From Candidatus Bathyarchaeia archaeon (GTDB taxonomy: Archaea > Thermoproteota > Bathyarchaeia > Bathyarchaeales > Bathycorpusculaceae), in assembly GCA_038882655.1 (NCBI GenBank), contig JAVZNT010000008.1, positions 1 through 39,438 of the forward strand: a stretch of 39,438 bases of DNA, written 5' to 3'. Positions within the stretch are counted from its first letter, which is position 1; each line of letters opens with the position of its first letter. The notes beneath the pieces are model-generated. The model saw nothing but the letters and a program-made list of their open reading frames with translations, made no database searches and was not told the DNA's origin. Of the stretch, positions 16,452 to 26,847 are shown one piece after another. A program made the position numbers and the translations under genes.

Positions 16452-17369
16452 GTGATGGGGCAGGCTGAAATTTTAGACACGTGGTTAGATTTCTCCAGAT
16501 ACTGGCGTTTGGCGCGTTTCAGAACTTTAGATGAGCAGATATTGTTGTGGCAGACAGCCTACATGGAGAATTATCCGGAGTTGTTGAGGAAGCAGGTTAA
16601 AAACTATGAGCAGGAGGGGCTTAAATGGAAAGATGTGGCGCGGAAAATTTTTCCATCATTTCAGAATCGTTTTCGGCTTATGCGGAAGGCGAGAAACAAT
16701 ATTCTTCGCTTATATGAAAATGTTTACTTGAAGGCTGTTGAAAATCTTGGAATCGAATTTGACGTGATTTTCATAGTATATGTTGGCGTTGGGTGTGGCG
16801 CTGGTTGGGCAGACCTACACGAGGGGAAGCCAGCGGTTCTTCTGGGATTAGAAAACGTTGCTGAGGAAAGGTGGCATACGCGGCGAAAGCTTGAAGGCTT
16901 AATGGCTCATGAAATTGGTCATCTCACCCACATGTTTTGGCGAGGAGAGCAACAACTATTTGAAGAAGCTGAAGGCAACCCTTTGCTGCAACTCTATGTG
17001 GAAGGTTTTGCCCAAAGGTGTGAGCACATAGTTTTGGGGAAGGAGACATGGCATATGGCGCAAGACCGAGAGTGGCTCTCATGGTGTAAAAAGCATAAAC
17101 GTTGGCTAGCAAAGGAGTTCCTAAACAGAGTTAAGGCGCAAGCGCAAACCAGAGAGTTTTTCGGTTCCTGGTTCAGCATAAAAGACAAAAAGCAGACAGG
17201 ATATTTCCTCGGCCACGAGTTCATACATGCGTTGGAGAAGGCCAGGGACTTAAAAGAAATTGCATTGTTAAAGAGTGAGAATGTTCAAAAACTTGGGATA
17301 AAATTTCTGGAGAGGCTGGCAGAAGATTCTCCAAGTTTTAAGCGTCAAATTTGTCAGATTCTCCTATAG
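16452..17369 (+). CDS. Putative Zn-dependent peptidase (DUF2268-like)
   Basis: HExxH motif AHEIGH, downstream EGFA, and GYFLG. Confidence 0.75.
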   Translation: MMGQAEILDTWLDFSRYWRLARFRTLDEQILLWQTAYMENYPELLRKQVKNYEQEGLKWKDVARKIFPSFQNRFRLMRKARNNILRLYENVYLKAVENLGIEFDVIFIVYVGVGCGAGWADLHEGKPAVLLGLENVAEERWHTRRKLEGLMAHEIGHLTHMFWRGEQQLFEEAEGNPLLQLYVEGFAQRCEHIVLGKETWHMAQDREWLSWCKKHKRWLAKEFLNRVKAQAQTREFFGSWFSIKDKKQTGYFLGHEFIHALEKARDLKEIALLKSENVQKLGIKFLERLAEDSPSFKRQICQILL

Positions 17370-18495
17370 TTATTTCGTGTTTGGCGATGCTGAAAGTGCT
17401 GCCATAAGCCAAAAATGGAATGTTAAGTAGGGCGAGTACGCCGAGAAGTGCGAAATAGTTTTTATAGTCTCCTTTCGAGATGAAAATATATGTGGGTATG
17501 AGATTCACCATTCTCCCAATTATTAAGCCTACCTCCATTAGGACTAGGACGCTTGCGTAATACTCTCGGCTGAAGGAGTCTCCATAATGGGCGAACCATG
17601 AAATAGTGAAAGCACTTGCTAAACCAGATAAAGCGGATAAAAGCACTATTTGCTGAGGTATGGAGACAAGTCCTAAAAGGAAAAACCATACAGCGTTTAA
17701 CACTACACCAATCATGGCGAATTCAACACGCCTCATCTTAATGTCCGAAAGCCAATTAACAAGAAAAGTTATAACAGAAACCACAAGACCTGTTACGGCT
17801 AGGACAAATCCCATTCTGGAAATTGTTTCAGAGATCTTGTTAACGAAAAGAGGATAGGCCAACCAATAAGCTTCAGACGCCCCAAAAATTACGAAAGTTA
17901 TAAAGAAAATGGAGACTTTCCGTCCCTTCGGAATTGAAAGACCGTGAGTCTCCCGTTTAAACTTCATAAGCACGAAAAAGGTTAAAGCAACAAAGTAGAG
18001 AGCCACACATAAGCCTAAAGCAGCTGAAAAACCATAGGCTTCTATAATCAGGCCGCCGAATGCTGGGCCGGCAATGCTGGCTATTGATGGAATTATTATG
18101 GAGAAGAGGCTTACTGAACGTGCCCTAACACTTGACTCGCTCAACCTAAACTGTAGGAGGTTGAAGCTTGGCCAAAAAGTGGCTATGCTGAGCCCGTAGG
18201 CGACGCCCAGCACCACCGGATTTTTAACATATATTAGGAGCGTGTAGAAAAGCATTGTGAAGAGCACGCCTAGACATATTATCCGCTCGAAATTTCTAAC
18301 AAATCTGAGCAGAGTTATGGGTAAAAGCCCAATTATCATGAAAGTGAATAGTAGCAAGACCGCTATTTGGCTAATGCTTAGTCCGAATGTTACATAGTAG
18401 ACTGGTAGAAACATGCTTATCATGTTGCTAGAAAAGAAGTATATGCATGAAGCAACTCCAAGATTTTTAAAATCCTTTATCTGCACTTGAAACAT
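17338..18495 (-). CDS. MFS transporter
   Basis: About 12 hydrophobic segments, GPAFGG, WLSD motif; start moved to MFQVQ to avoid overlap with the GNAT gene. Confidence 0.85.
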   Translation of the reverse strand: MFQVQIKDFKNLGVASCIYFFSSNMISMFLPVYYVTFGLSISQIAVLLLFTFMIIGLLPITLLRFVRNFERIICLGVLFTMLFYTLLIYVKNPVVLGVAYGLSIATFWPSFNLLQFRLSESSVRARSVSLFSIIIPSIASIAGPAFGGLIIEAYGFSAALGLCVALYFVALTFFVLMKFKRETHGLSIPKGRKVSIFFITFVIFGASEAYWLAYPLFVNKISETISRMGFVLAVTGLVVSVITFLVNWLSDIKMRRVEFAMIGVVLNAVWFFLLGLVSIPQQIVLLSALSGLASAFTISWFAHYGDSFSREYYASVLVLMEVGLIIGRMVNLIPTYIFISKGDYKNYFALLGVLALLNIPFLAYGSTFSIAKHEITIGESDKFDA

Positions 18496-18511
18496 CTCGC
18501 ATGGCTTATGC

Positions 18512-19057
18512 CTATTCAAGTAGCTTACTGTACCAGATGTAGGTTTGGCTTTGCTTAAAACCAAGCTTTTCCATGAAACGCATTCCCGCCAGGTTTGTGC
18601 CCTCCACATCCACTATAGCTATGCGGGCACCCTTCTCTTTGAAACGCTTCTCTAACTCCCTATAAAGCCTCTTTCCCACACCTTGCCGACGACGCATACG
18701 TTTAACACCAGCCCAAACAAAATAGCCGTAAGTCCAAGGGCTGAAAGGGCGTCTTAAAATAGTGCCTAGGGCAAACCCAACGATCCTCTTTGAATCCACA
18801 TTCTCCGCCACCAAACATAGCTCTGGGTCTTCTTGAAAGAGCGAGAGCAGCTCATTAACATTCCATGTGCGATATGTAAACTGCAGCTGAGAAGGCGTAA
18901 AAATCTTCTCACTTAAACGCCAAACCTCTGGCAAATCCTCCAAGGTCATCTGCCTAATTTCAATTTCGCTCCGTAGTTTTTTGGCGCGTTTACGTTTTTT
19001 AACTGGTTTTTTAGCCAACCTTGCTCCTTCAAACCTAGAATTTGTATGGTTAGGCAA
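18512..19057 (-). CDS. GNAT N-acetyltransferase (probable TTG start 19018)
   Basis: V...RRRQGVG acetyl-CoA motif; N.....F.EKLGF. Confidence 0.88.
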   Translation of the reverse strand: MPNHTNSRFEGARLAKKPVKKRKRAKKLRSEIEIRQMTLEDLPEVWRLSEKIFTPSQLQFTYRTWNVNELLSLFQEDPELCLVAENVDSKRIVGFALGTILRRPFSPWTYGYFVWAGVKRMRRRQGVGKRLYRELEKRFKEKGARIAIVDVEGTNLAGMRFMEKLGFKQSQTYIWYSKLLE

Positions 19058-19163
19058 TATAAAACATTCCCGAATTCTATAGAGGGACTACCCGTATTGG
19101 CTTTTTCCAGCTCCAAAAAATGTTTTTATCAGCTGAGCCCTAATCTTGAAGTCGGTGGAATAG

Positions 19164-21071
19164 GTGCAGCTTTCCCCATTAAGCGACGCTGTTAGGCGAA
19201 CATGCAACATACTTAAGCGCGGCGCCTCGATGCAGGTTTTAGACTATGAAAAGCGCTTCTCATCTCTAAAAAACTTCTACGAAAGCCTCCTCTCAAACCT
19301 AATAAAAACAGATTTCCTAACTAGAGAAGCTTACGAAGCAGCAAAAGATTTCTTTGGAGCCACATCTGTCCGCTTTGCTGGTATAGATGGAACCATGTAT
19401 TCACGTCCCCTCTTCGACCTTGTGGTCTTCTTCGGAGGAGCCTATGCTTCGACAGGAACAATAATTTTCCATGAGGATAAGCTGCCAACAGTCAAGTATG
19501 ACGAGCGGACAGCTCGGCACGGAGCTGGCATATCAAGCGTGGTACCAATTTATGTGAACGAAATTCCAGACGTGGACCAGACATTTTTTGAGGCTTCACA
19601 GCCAGATGAGGTTAGCCTTGGAAAACCGCTTACTGAAGAGTCAATTATTAACAATGCAACTGTGGCTAATTGGATAATGACTTTCGCCGAGTATTATTTG
19701 GCTTACAAGCTCGCCACAGACGTCGAACAAAAATTTCGAATAATCCTCTTGGACAGAAGCCTATCAATAGAAAGGGCAAGCCTCCTTTACGATACTTCGA
19801 AGCGCGCCCTATGGGAAGCAAAAAGCAACCTCCTAGGCTACAAAATAGACGGAGACCCAGTGGACATGAACGAACTGACAATAGCTAGGCATCTCGTATG
19901 CAATGAGCATTTAGGCTTGCCGCCGCCAAGAGCCGACTATATACGCTACGCCATTATAGATCTTCTAAGGCGTAAAGGCGCCTTGTCAAAGAGGCAAATA
20001 TTAGCAGAATTCGACATAACGGACGAAAAAAGAGCGAAAAGGATAGAGCGAAGCCTAAAAAACCTAATGAAAAAGGGCTTCCTGAACGAGAAAAACGAAA
20101 CTTACACGCTGAACCAGAAATATGCGCGGACATGGGAACATATAAAAAAGCTTGTGAAGGACATAGGCGATAGATTCTTCTTCACGGAAAACCCGGAAAC
20201 AGCAAACTTGATGAAAATAGTTAAAGACGGAAAAGAGCATTGGCTCACAACTCTAGACATTGCCTTCTTGACGCTTTTCACGTTGCACATGCTGATGGAA
20301 GAATGCTGGAAAAGCCACATACTTTTAATAGGCGTCACAAAAGACACGGCAGCAAGAGACTTCAAACGCCAACTAATCCCAATAATGGGCAACAACGACC
20401 TCCTAAATACAAGCATCACACGAGAAGAGTTGGAAAAACTGCCAAACACAGACCGTATGATCCTTCAATCAGCAAGCATCCTCAATGCGAATAGGATAAC
20501 GCCTCCATGGAGCCTAATAGAGTACGACTCAGCCTTTAGAACAATGGTGCCAGACAAACAAAACCGAAAAGGCTACGTTTCAGGCGCCATAAAAAACAAA
20601 ATAGGCTTAGAAAAAGCCTTCCTAAAAACCTATGTGCAGCTAAGCCAGGCAAAAACAGATACCATGCTGAGAAGTAACGTCCTCCTCGTAGACCGCCTCG
20701 CATATCCAGAATACGATTATAAGCCTGAAACAATCGTGGAGTTCTGGAATGAATTAAGCGACGGAACAAAAGAGCCTATAGAAGTGATCCTATACATAGA
20801 CAAAAATGTGCCCAACAAGTTGCAGAACTTAACCATGAACGTTTTGGTGGCTATGGCACCATCCAACATTCCAGAGGCCTTTGGCCACAACACGCCGCTT
20901 TTCATTGCGGATAAGATCGCCAAATGGAATTACAGCCAATTCAAACGTGTAGTAGACACGACAGCCGAGTGGATCCTCAATAACCATAAATTGAGAAAGT
21001 TCATATTCTATATGAGCACGTTTAGGGAGAGGCGAACAGCCATTGAAGCCGCAAGGAGAGAACAAATTTAA
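19164..21071 (+). CDS. nurA: NurA-family nuclease with inserted winged-helix region
   Basis: FAGIDGT, ILLDRSL, IGVTKD, GHNTPLFIADK; internal wHTH-like segment (IIDLLRRKGALSKRQI...LKNLMKKGFL). Confidence 0.75.
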   Translation: MQLSPLSDAVRRTCNILKRGASMQVLDYEKRFSSLKNFYESLLSNLIKTDFLTREAYEAAKDFFGATSVRFAGIDGTMYSRPLFDLVVFFGGAYASTGTIIFHEDKLPTVKYDERTARHGAGISSVVPIYVNEIPDVDQTFFEASQPDEVSLGKPLTEESIINNATVANWIMTFAEYYLAYKLATDVEQKFRIILLDRSLSIERASLLYDTSKRALWEAKSNLLGYKIDGDPVDMNELTIARHLVCNEHLGLPPPRADYIRYAIIDLLRRKGALSKRQILAEFDITDEKRAKRIERSLKNLMKKGFLNEKNETYTLNQKYARTWEHIKKLVKDIGDRFFFTENPETANLMKIVKDGKEHWLTTLDIAFLTLFTLHMLMEECWKSHILLIGVTKDTAARDFKRQLIPIMGNNDLLNTSITREELEKLPNTDRMILQSASILNANRITPPWSLIEYDSAFRTMVPDKQNRKGYVSGAIKNKIGLEKAFLKTYVQLSQAKTDTMLRSNVLLVDRLAYPEYDYKPETIVEFWNELSDGTKEPIEVILYIDKNVPNKLQNLTMNVLVAMAPSNIPEAFGHNTPLFIADKIAKWNYSQFKRVVDTTAEWILNNHKLRKFIFYMSTFRERRTAIEAARREQI

Positions 21072-22923
21072 CAGCCTATGCTTCACAGACTTTGACGGTA
21101 AATTCCGAGCTAGACTAGCCGCCGTCATGCCTCGCTTCTTTGGAGGAGCGGAAGAATCAAAACTGGCAGGGACAAGCGCCCGCTACAGTTGCCGCGTAAA
21201 AGTGGAATATCAAAAAGACTTGATGGGGCTGTTGGAAGAGGGCATGCTTCTAGCCGCGAAAAACTTTAAGCAAGCGCTTCTGGGCGAGGAGCGCTATACG
21301 CTTATGGAGATAAGCCGAGTCTGGCCGGAGCACTTCGGATTAAAGGGCTTGTCGGATCATGGCTATTATCCCATGCAGTTTGAGATTATCGAGCAGTCGG
21401 AGGCGGATTGGCAGACGGACGACCACTCCACAATGATGATTCAGATAGACGCCATACCAATAAACTACGACCTAATTATAGGCGGAAACTGCGACTACAA
21501 GTTTGTTAAGGGCTTCTCCTATCCAGTGGTGGGCAGTCCCGTCTACATCTTAAACAGTGAAATGATAAACCGCATGTATAATCAGAAGATAACTGAAAAG
21601 CTGGGCATAGACCCGTCCAAAACTGTTGAGGATGCAAGGCTTGACCCGAGGCTCGGTGTTGTAAAAATGTTCCAAACAAGCAATACATTTATTCCCATAT
21701 ATGTGGATTTTGAGAAACTTGTTCGTTACCATTTTGGTGTTTTCGCCTTCACAGGCGGTGGAAAAAGCAACTTAATGTCAAACATTTTGAGGCGAATTTT
21801 GCTCCACACGGATGGTGTTAAGGTTGTGGTTTTTGATATAAGCTGCGAATACATTTTCCTACTGCTTGACTTGCTTGCGAACGAGGAGATCCCAGCAAAG
21901 GTTATCCTCGAACATAGAATAGACTCAATTGAACAGTTCTTCAACTCCGTTGTCAAGCCAAGGGAGTATGAGGCTGACGAAAGGATAAAGTTTGGACTCA
22001 AACGCGTGATGGAACAGGACAGAGTGGCGTTTTACACTAGACCAAAACAGAAAATCCCAACCTACGCTCAGTTCCTAGAGGAGTTAAGCGACCAACGGAA
22101 AAGCAACACTGACAAACCTCATTATTTAAACGCTATAGACAGAATTCACGACGCCATACTTGACTACATGGAAGCGCATGGGCTTAGCGAAAACCAAGAG
22201 GTAAGCGAGGACTTCGTCAAATACATAGACAGTGTCTGCATAGCCACGATGGAAGAGTTCAGAGTTCACGACAAAAGCGCGTTGTATGCTTGGGCGACGA
22301 CAAGAACCACCATCCTTGATCAGATAAGGAAACGCCAAGAGGAAATGAAGAAAGAGACTGGTGGGCTAACAGCAGAAAAAATACGAGAACTTTTAGAAGG
22401 CGACACGCGACTCGTGTGTATTTCCATATCAGACCCAACAACAATAAAAGAGCTTGTCATAACGTTAACCCACGATTTGCTCATGAGAAGAAAGCGCATG
22501 TTTCAGGTTAAGCCCTACATCCTTCTAGTCTTCGACGAAGCCCAAGAATTCATACCAGAGCTTTCAGGAGCAGCGGGCATAGATAAGAAATGCAGCAAAC
22601 AAGTGGAAACCCTCCTCAGACAAGGACGCAAATATGGTTTAGGCGTTTGCATAGCAACACAACGCATAGCCTACCTAAACACAAATGCTCTACAACAACT
22701 TCACGCGTATTTTGTCGGCACGTTGCCAAGACCATACGACCGCGCTTTGATAAGCGATACTTTCATGATAGACAAAGGCATACTGGAAAAAACGCTGGAA
22801 TTCGCGCCAGGCGAATGGCTATTGTCAAGCTACATAGCTACAGGCATAGAAAACGTGCCCATATTCATAAAAGCGGACAATGCAGAAAAAGAAATAGAAA
22901 AATTCCTAAAAAACGCGGATTAA
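21043..22923 (+). CDS. herA: HerA-family ATPase/helicase
   Basis: Walker A AFTGGGKS, Walker B LLVFDEAQ, RQGRKYG, ATQR; overlaps the nurA 3' end. Confidence 0.85.
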   Translation: MKPQGENKFNSLCFTDFDGKFRARLAAVMPRFFGGAEESKLAGTSARYSCRVKVEYQKDLMGLLEEGMLLAAKNFKQALLGEERYTLMEISRVWPEHFGLKGLSDHGYYPMQFEIIEQSEADWQTDDHSTMMIQIDAIPINYDLIIGGNCDYKFVKGFSYPVVGSPVYILNSEMINRMYNQKITEKLGIDPSKTVEDARLDPRLGVVKMFQTSNTFIPIYVDFEKLVRYHFGVFAFTGGGKSNLMSNILRRILLHTDGVKVVVFDISCEYIFLLLDLLANEEIPAKVILEHRIDSIEQFFNSVVKPREYEADERIKFGLKRVMEQDRVAFYTRPKQKIPTYAQFLEELSDQRKSNTDKPHYLNAIDRIHDAILDYMEAHGLSENQEVSEDFVKYIDSVCIATMEEFRVHDKSALYAWATTRTTILDQIRKRQEEMKKETGGLTAEKIRELLEGDTRLVCISISDPTTIKELVITLTHDLLMRRKRMFQVKPYILLVFDEAQEFIPELSGAAGIDKKCSKQVETLLRQGRKYGLGVCIATQRIAYLNTNALQQLHAYFVGTLPRPYDRALISDTFMIDKGILEKTLEFAPGEWLLSSYIATGIENVPIFIKADNAEKEIEKFLKNAD

Positions 22924-22927
22924 TAGC

Positions 22928-23890
22928 TTACGCCATTCCGCATTTTTTGAGGAGTTTTTGCCATCGCTGGTCTGTTATCCGCTGTATCTCGTCCAGCAGT
23001 TTCATGGATTTTGGCGTGAACAGGTGTCTGAAACGTCCCTGCACCGCCAAGTATTCTTTTACTGGCTTTTTCTTTTGGGGCGCCAAGGCTATGACTTTGC
23101 TAGGAGCCGAAAGCTGGTATTCGCCGTTTATACACTCCCATAATGGAAAGATGCAAGTTTCCACTGCCAAGCGGGAAAGCTCTATAGATTTTGCTGGGTC
23201 GCTTCTCCAACCGCGAGGGCACGGCGCGAAAACGTGGAGGAACGCTGGACCATCCACTTCTAATCCCTTGCGCACTTTTGTTATTAAGTCCCTCCAATGG
23301 TATGGCGACGCCGTAGCCGCGTATGGAATTTCGTGTGCCACCATTATGTCGGCTATTGGCTTTTTGGGTTCAAGTTTTCCGGGTATGACTTCTCCGGCGG
23401 GTGATGTGGTTGTGGATGCGCCTAAGGGTGTTCCGCCGCTTCTCTGTATGCCAGTGTTCATGTACGCCTCATTATCGTATAGCACAAAGAGGAAGTCGTG
23501 TCCTCTTTCAACCGCTCCGGAAAGGGCTTGTATGCCTATGTCGTATGTGCCTCCGTCCCCGGCTATCGCAATGACGTCTACATGCTCGTGCTTAATTCTT
23601 CCCTTCTTTTTCAGCATTTTTATTGCCGCTTCTATTCCAGAAGCGTTGGCGGCGGCGTTCTCGAAGGCTGTGTGAAGCCATGGAACAGCCCAAGAAGTGT
23701 AGGGATAAATTGTTGAAACCACTTCCATGCATCCAGTAGCCTGCGTCACAATGGTTGGTCCTCTTAGGGCTTTCATTATCAGCCTCATAACTGTTGCTGG
23801 GGCGCAGCCAGCGCATGCCCTGTGTCCAGACATGAATAGGTCTGGCTTTTCCGCTATGTCCTTAGCCGTAAACTTCCATTCACTCTGCAT
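22928..23890 (-). CDS. porB: Pyruvate/2-oxoacid:ferredoxin oxidoreductase beta subunit
   Basis: GHRACAGC, TGCMEV, FENAAA, GDGGTYDIG, DNEAYMNTGIQ. Confidence 0.95.
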   Translation of the reverse strand: MQSEWKFTAKDIAEKPDLFMSGHRACAGCAPATVMRLIMKALRGPTIVTQATGCMEVVSTIYPYTSWAVPWLHTAFENAAANASGIEAAIKMLKKKGRIKHEHVDVIAIAGDGGTYDIGIQALSGAVERGHDFLFVLYDNEAYMNTGIQRSGGTPLGASTTTSPAGEVIPGKLEPKKPIADIMVAHEIPYAATASPYHWRDLITKVRKGLEVDGPAFLHVFAPCPRGWRSDPAKSIELSRLAVETCIFPLWECINGEYQLSAPSKVIALAPQKKKPVKEYLAVQGRFRHLFTPKSMKLLDEIQRITDQRWQKLLKKCGMA

Positions 23891-23902
23891 ATTTTTCGCC
23901 TC

Positions 23903-25135
23903 CTACTCCCTTAAACCAACATATCTTACGGGGGTTTCAACACGGTTTTTCGCCAGAATTTCCTCGAGGTCTTTGTATATTTTGTGGATTTGCATTGGGC
24001 TTGTGTCTCTTCCACCTAGTCCGTAAATGTAATTCACCACAAATGGTTTCTTATCCAATTCGTAAAGTGCGTGGCGAACCTCATGGAAGACTGCGCCGCC
24101 GAAACCTCCAAAGCTCATGCTTTTATCCATGACGGCTACTGCCTTAACGCGTCCAAGAGTCTTCTTTATATCGTCAACTGGCAACGGCCTGAAGGTTCGC
24201 ATTCGCAGTAGTCCGGCTTTAACGCCCTTAGCCCTCAATTCGTCCACAACTGTTTTTACCGTTCCAGCTGTTGAGCCCAGGCAGACGATGGCTATTTCCG
24301 CATCTTCCAAAAAGTATGAATCGAGCAAGCCGTCACCATAGCTTCTCCCGCTTATTTTCGCATATTCATCATGCACTTCACGGATAACCTTAAACGCGTT
24401 TTTCATGGCCTCTTCTTGCTGCCTCTTAAACTCGAAATAGTAGTTTGGAAAAGCCAAAGGTCCCATGGTCATTGGGTTTTCCAGGTCCAATTTGAGTGGA
24501 GCCAACTTTCCCTCATGAGTTAGCACCATCGGGAATTGACGGACACCTAAAAACTTTTTGACAACGTCGTCTGGAAGCACATTAACGTTTTCCACAGAGT
24601 GGCTTAACTGGAAACCGTCGAGGCAGACCATGGTTGGCAATAGGACGTCTGGATGTTCTGCTATACGGAAAGCTTGAATAACAGAATCGTAAATTTCCTG
24701 GGCGTTCTCCGCGTAGATTTGTATCCATCCGCTGTCCCTCTGCGCCATAGTATCAGACTGGTCTCCATGAATGTTTATTGGCGCTGATAGGGCTCTGTTG
24801 GCTATTGCCATAACCACTGGCGCACGGCAACCAGAAGTTACGAAGAGCATTTCGTGCATGAGCGCTAAACCAGCTGAAGCTGAAGCAGTAAACGTTCTTG
24901 CTCCGGTAAGTGAGGCTGCAAGACACGCAGTTAAGGCGCTGTGCTCCGACTCTGTGCAGACGAAGGCTGTTTCCACCTCGCCGTTAGCTACGTATTCGCT
25001 GAACCTCTCAACAATTATGGTTTGGGGCGTAATGGGGTAGGCGGCGACAACGTCCACGTCCGACTGCTTAACAGCATAGGCAACAGCTTCATCCCCGTTT
25101 AATGCCAAAACCTTCTGTTCAACAACACTTTTCAT
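23903..25135 (-). CDS. porA: Pyruvate/2-oxoacid:ferredoxin oxidoreductase alpha subunit
   Basis: YPITPQT, ESEHSA, NRALSAP, YGLGGRD. Confidence 0.95.
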   Translation of the reverse strand: MKSVVEQKVLALNGDEAVAYAVKQSDVDVVAAYPITPQTIIVERFSEYVANGEVETAFVCTESEHSALTACLAASLTGARTFTASASAGLALMHEMLFVTSGCRAPVVMAIANRALSAPINIHGDQSDTMAQRDSGWIQIYAENAQEIYDSVIQAFRIAEHPDVLLPTMVCLDGFQLSHSVENVNVLPDDVVKKFLGVRQFPMVLTHEGKLAPLKLDLENPMTMGPLAFPNYYFEFKRQQEEAMKNAFKVIREVHDEYAKISGRSYGDGLLDSYFLEDAEIAIVCLGSTAGTVKTVVDELRAKGVKAGLLRMRTFRPLPVDDIKKTLGRVKAVAVMDKSMSFGGFGGAVFHEVRHALYELDKKPFVVNYIYGLGGRDTSPMQIHKIYKDLEEILAKNRVETPVRYVGLRE

Positions 25136-25145
25136 TATTTACACC

Positions 25146-25424
25146 TCACTCAAGCTTCATTTCTATGGCTTTCGTTGGACACTCGTTGGCGCATATTCCA
25201 CAACCCTTGCAAAAGTTGTAGTCAAATTCTATATCCTCCTTTTCAGGCTTCCAGCGGATTGCCCCATCCGGACAGAATATAGCGCACAACAAACATTTTG
25301 TGCACTTCTCCAAGTCCCGAACAGGCTTGTAGGTTTTCCAGTCTCCGGTTAAGAATTCGATATTGGGCTTCCAACATACGGCGGCTATGGAAATTTCCTT
25401 CCAACCCTTTTCCTTGGATGTCAT
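25146..25424 (-). CDS. porD: Oxidoreductase delta subunit (2x[4Fe-4S])
   Basis: TGDWK; CTKCLLC...CP and CKGCGIC...CP. Confidence 0.95.
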   Translation of the reverse strand: MTSKEKGWKEISIAAVCWKPNIEFLTGDWKTYKPVRDLEKCTKCLLCAIFCPDGAIRWKPEKEDIEFDYNFCKGCGICANECPTKAIEMKLE

Positions 25425-26032
25425 TCTGAACGCACCTCCTCATAGGCTTCTTTGATAACTGCAAAGTTCTTCTCGGCAATGTCGCTTCTGAAACGCTCCC
25501 GGATAGTTCTTTCAATGCTTTGTAAACTAACAATGCCAGTTACACGGGCAACAGCCCCAAGCATGGCAGTGCTTGTTATGGGTAAGCCCAAAATTTTTAT
25601 GGCAATCTCCGTTGCCGGAACAGTCCAAACCTTCCCCCTGTTATTTTTAAGCATTTTCCTAGCTTCTGTTGGCTCGTCCTTAAAATTAATTATTAATGTT
25701 CCATTTTCGCTTAATCCATCAGTGACTGGCACAGTCTTAATCAGCGTTGGATCCAAAACAACTACAACGTCTGGATTATATACGGCGCAATGCAATCTAA
25801 TGGGCTCTGTGCTTATCCTCGTAAAGGCTGCAACTGGGGCACCCATCCTCTCTGGACCAAACTCTGGAAAAGATTGAATATGCTTTCCCTCGTAAACGGC
25901 AGCTCTTGCAAGCAGTTCGCTGGCTGTCCAAGCTCCTTGACCGCCTCTACCATGCCACCTAACTTCCAATATTTTTTTCAAGACTGAACTCTCCCGTGGC
26001 TCCATCAACATTGGAAACACTTGAATATACAT
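25421..26032 (-). CDS. porG: Oxidoreductase gamma subunit (true start probably downstream)
   Basis: EVRWHGRGGQG, FGPERMGAP. Confidence 0.95.
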   Translation of the reverse strand: MYIQVFPMLMEPRESSVLKKILEVRWHGRGGQGAWTASELLARAAVYEGKHIQSFPEFGPERMGAPVAAFTRISTEPIRLHCAVYNPDVVVVLDPTLIKTVPVTDGLSENGTLIINFKDEPTEARKMLKNNRGKVWTVPATEIAIKILGLPITSTAMLGAVARVTGIVSLQSIERTIRERFRSDIAEKNFAVIKEAYEEVRSE

Positions 26033-26054
26033 TTTTCTAAAGCAGAGACGCCTT

Positions 26055-26396
26055 TTAAGCTTGAGACATGAAATCTTTTAAAACCTCTTTCACGGGCATT
26101 TTCAAAAGTTCCCTCACACGGTCCAAAACGATTAAACCACTCTTTGTTGCAGAATAATATTTTATGCGCCTCCTACCCTTTTTAATCCATTTTCCAACTA
26201 TCAGCTTACTCTCTTCAAGCTCATATAAAAGCGGGTAGACAATCCCTGGCTGAAAACTCCAACCGGTTAAATTCCTCAACTCCTTTGTAACACTGTATCC
26301 AGACAGTGGTTTTTGGCTTAAAAGCCATAAGATTATGACTCTACTGAAGCCTCGAACAGCCGACTTAAACAACTCGCTTTCCAAATCAACCATCAA
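26055..26396 (-). CDS. PadR-family transcriptional regulator
   Basis: IILWLL..P.SGY...PGIVYPLL..LE...RRIKYY..T.SG. Confidence 0.9.
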   Translation of the reverse strand: MMVDLESELFKSAVRGFSRVIILWLLSQKPLSGYSVTKELRNLTGWSFQPGIVYPLLYELEESKLIVGKWIKKGRRRIKYYSATKSGLIVLDRVRELLKMPVKEVLKDFMSQA

Positions 26397-26465
26397 ATTT
26401 TCGCCCTTTCTGGATGCGTGAGCACCTTAGGTTTAAATTGCCATTTAAGAATATAAGCGCAAAAC

Positions 26466-26475
26466 TGATATATCA
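26466..26475. promoter_or_regulatory. Palindrome TGATATATCA, candidate PadR operator
   Basis: Perfect 10-bp palindrome in the 106-bp gap between the divergent PadR genes. Confidence 0.45.
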
Positions 26476-26502
26476 AAAATTAAAATATGCCTTTGACGAG
26501 TC

Positions 26503-26847
26503 TTGGTAAAGGTAAGTAACGTTTTCCTCAGAGGTTTAGAGAAGCCAATAATGCTGTGGCTTTTGGCACACACGCCGAGGCATGGATATGGACTAATAGT
26601 GGAGTTTAAGAGGCTTACGGGAAGAAAACTGAAGCCAAGCATAGTTTATCCGTTCCTTCACAAGCTTGAGAAGGGTGGATTTGCAAGCGCAGAGTGGATT
26701 GTAAAGGGGAAGAGGCGGATAAGGCATTACTCCCTAACCAAGAGTGGAGAAGACCTTCTACTCAAAGTTAAAGACATGTTCAGTAAGTCCGTCAAAGAAG
26801 TTCTCCTAGACCTAATCGAAAAGGAGGAAGAACTTTGTGAAGGCTGA
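26503..26847 (+). CDS. PadR-family transcriptional regulator
   Basis: HGYG...PSIVYPFL..LE...RRIRHYSLT.SG. Confidence 0.9.
   Translation: MVKVSNVFLRGLEKPIMLWLLAHTPRHGYGLIVEFKRLTGRKLKPSIVYPFLHKLEKGGFASAEWIVKGKRRIRHYSLTKSGEDLLLKVKDMFSKSVKEVLLDLIEKEEELCEG

Noticed and set aside
22590-23675. 361-aa plus-strand ORF
   Set aside because: Out of frame with herA and antisense to porB; no recognisable motifs.
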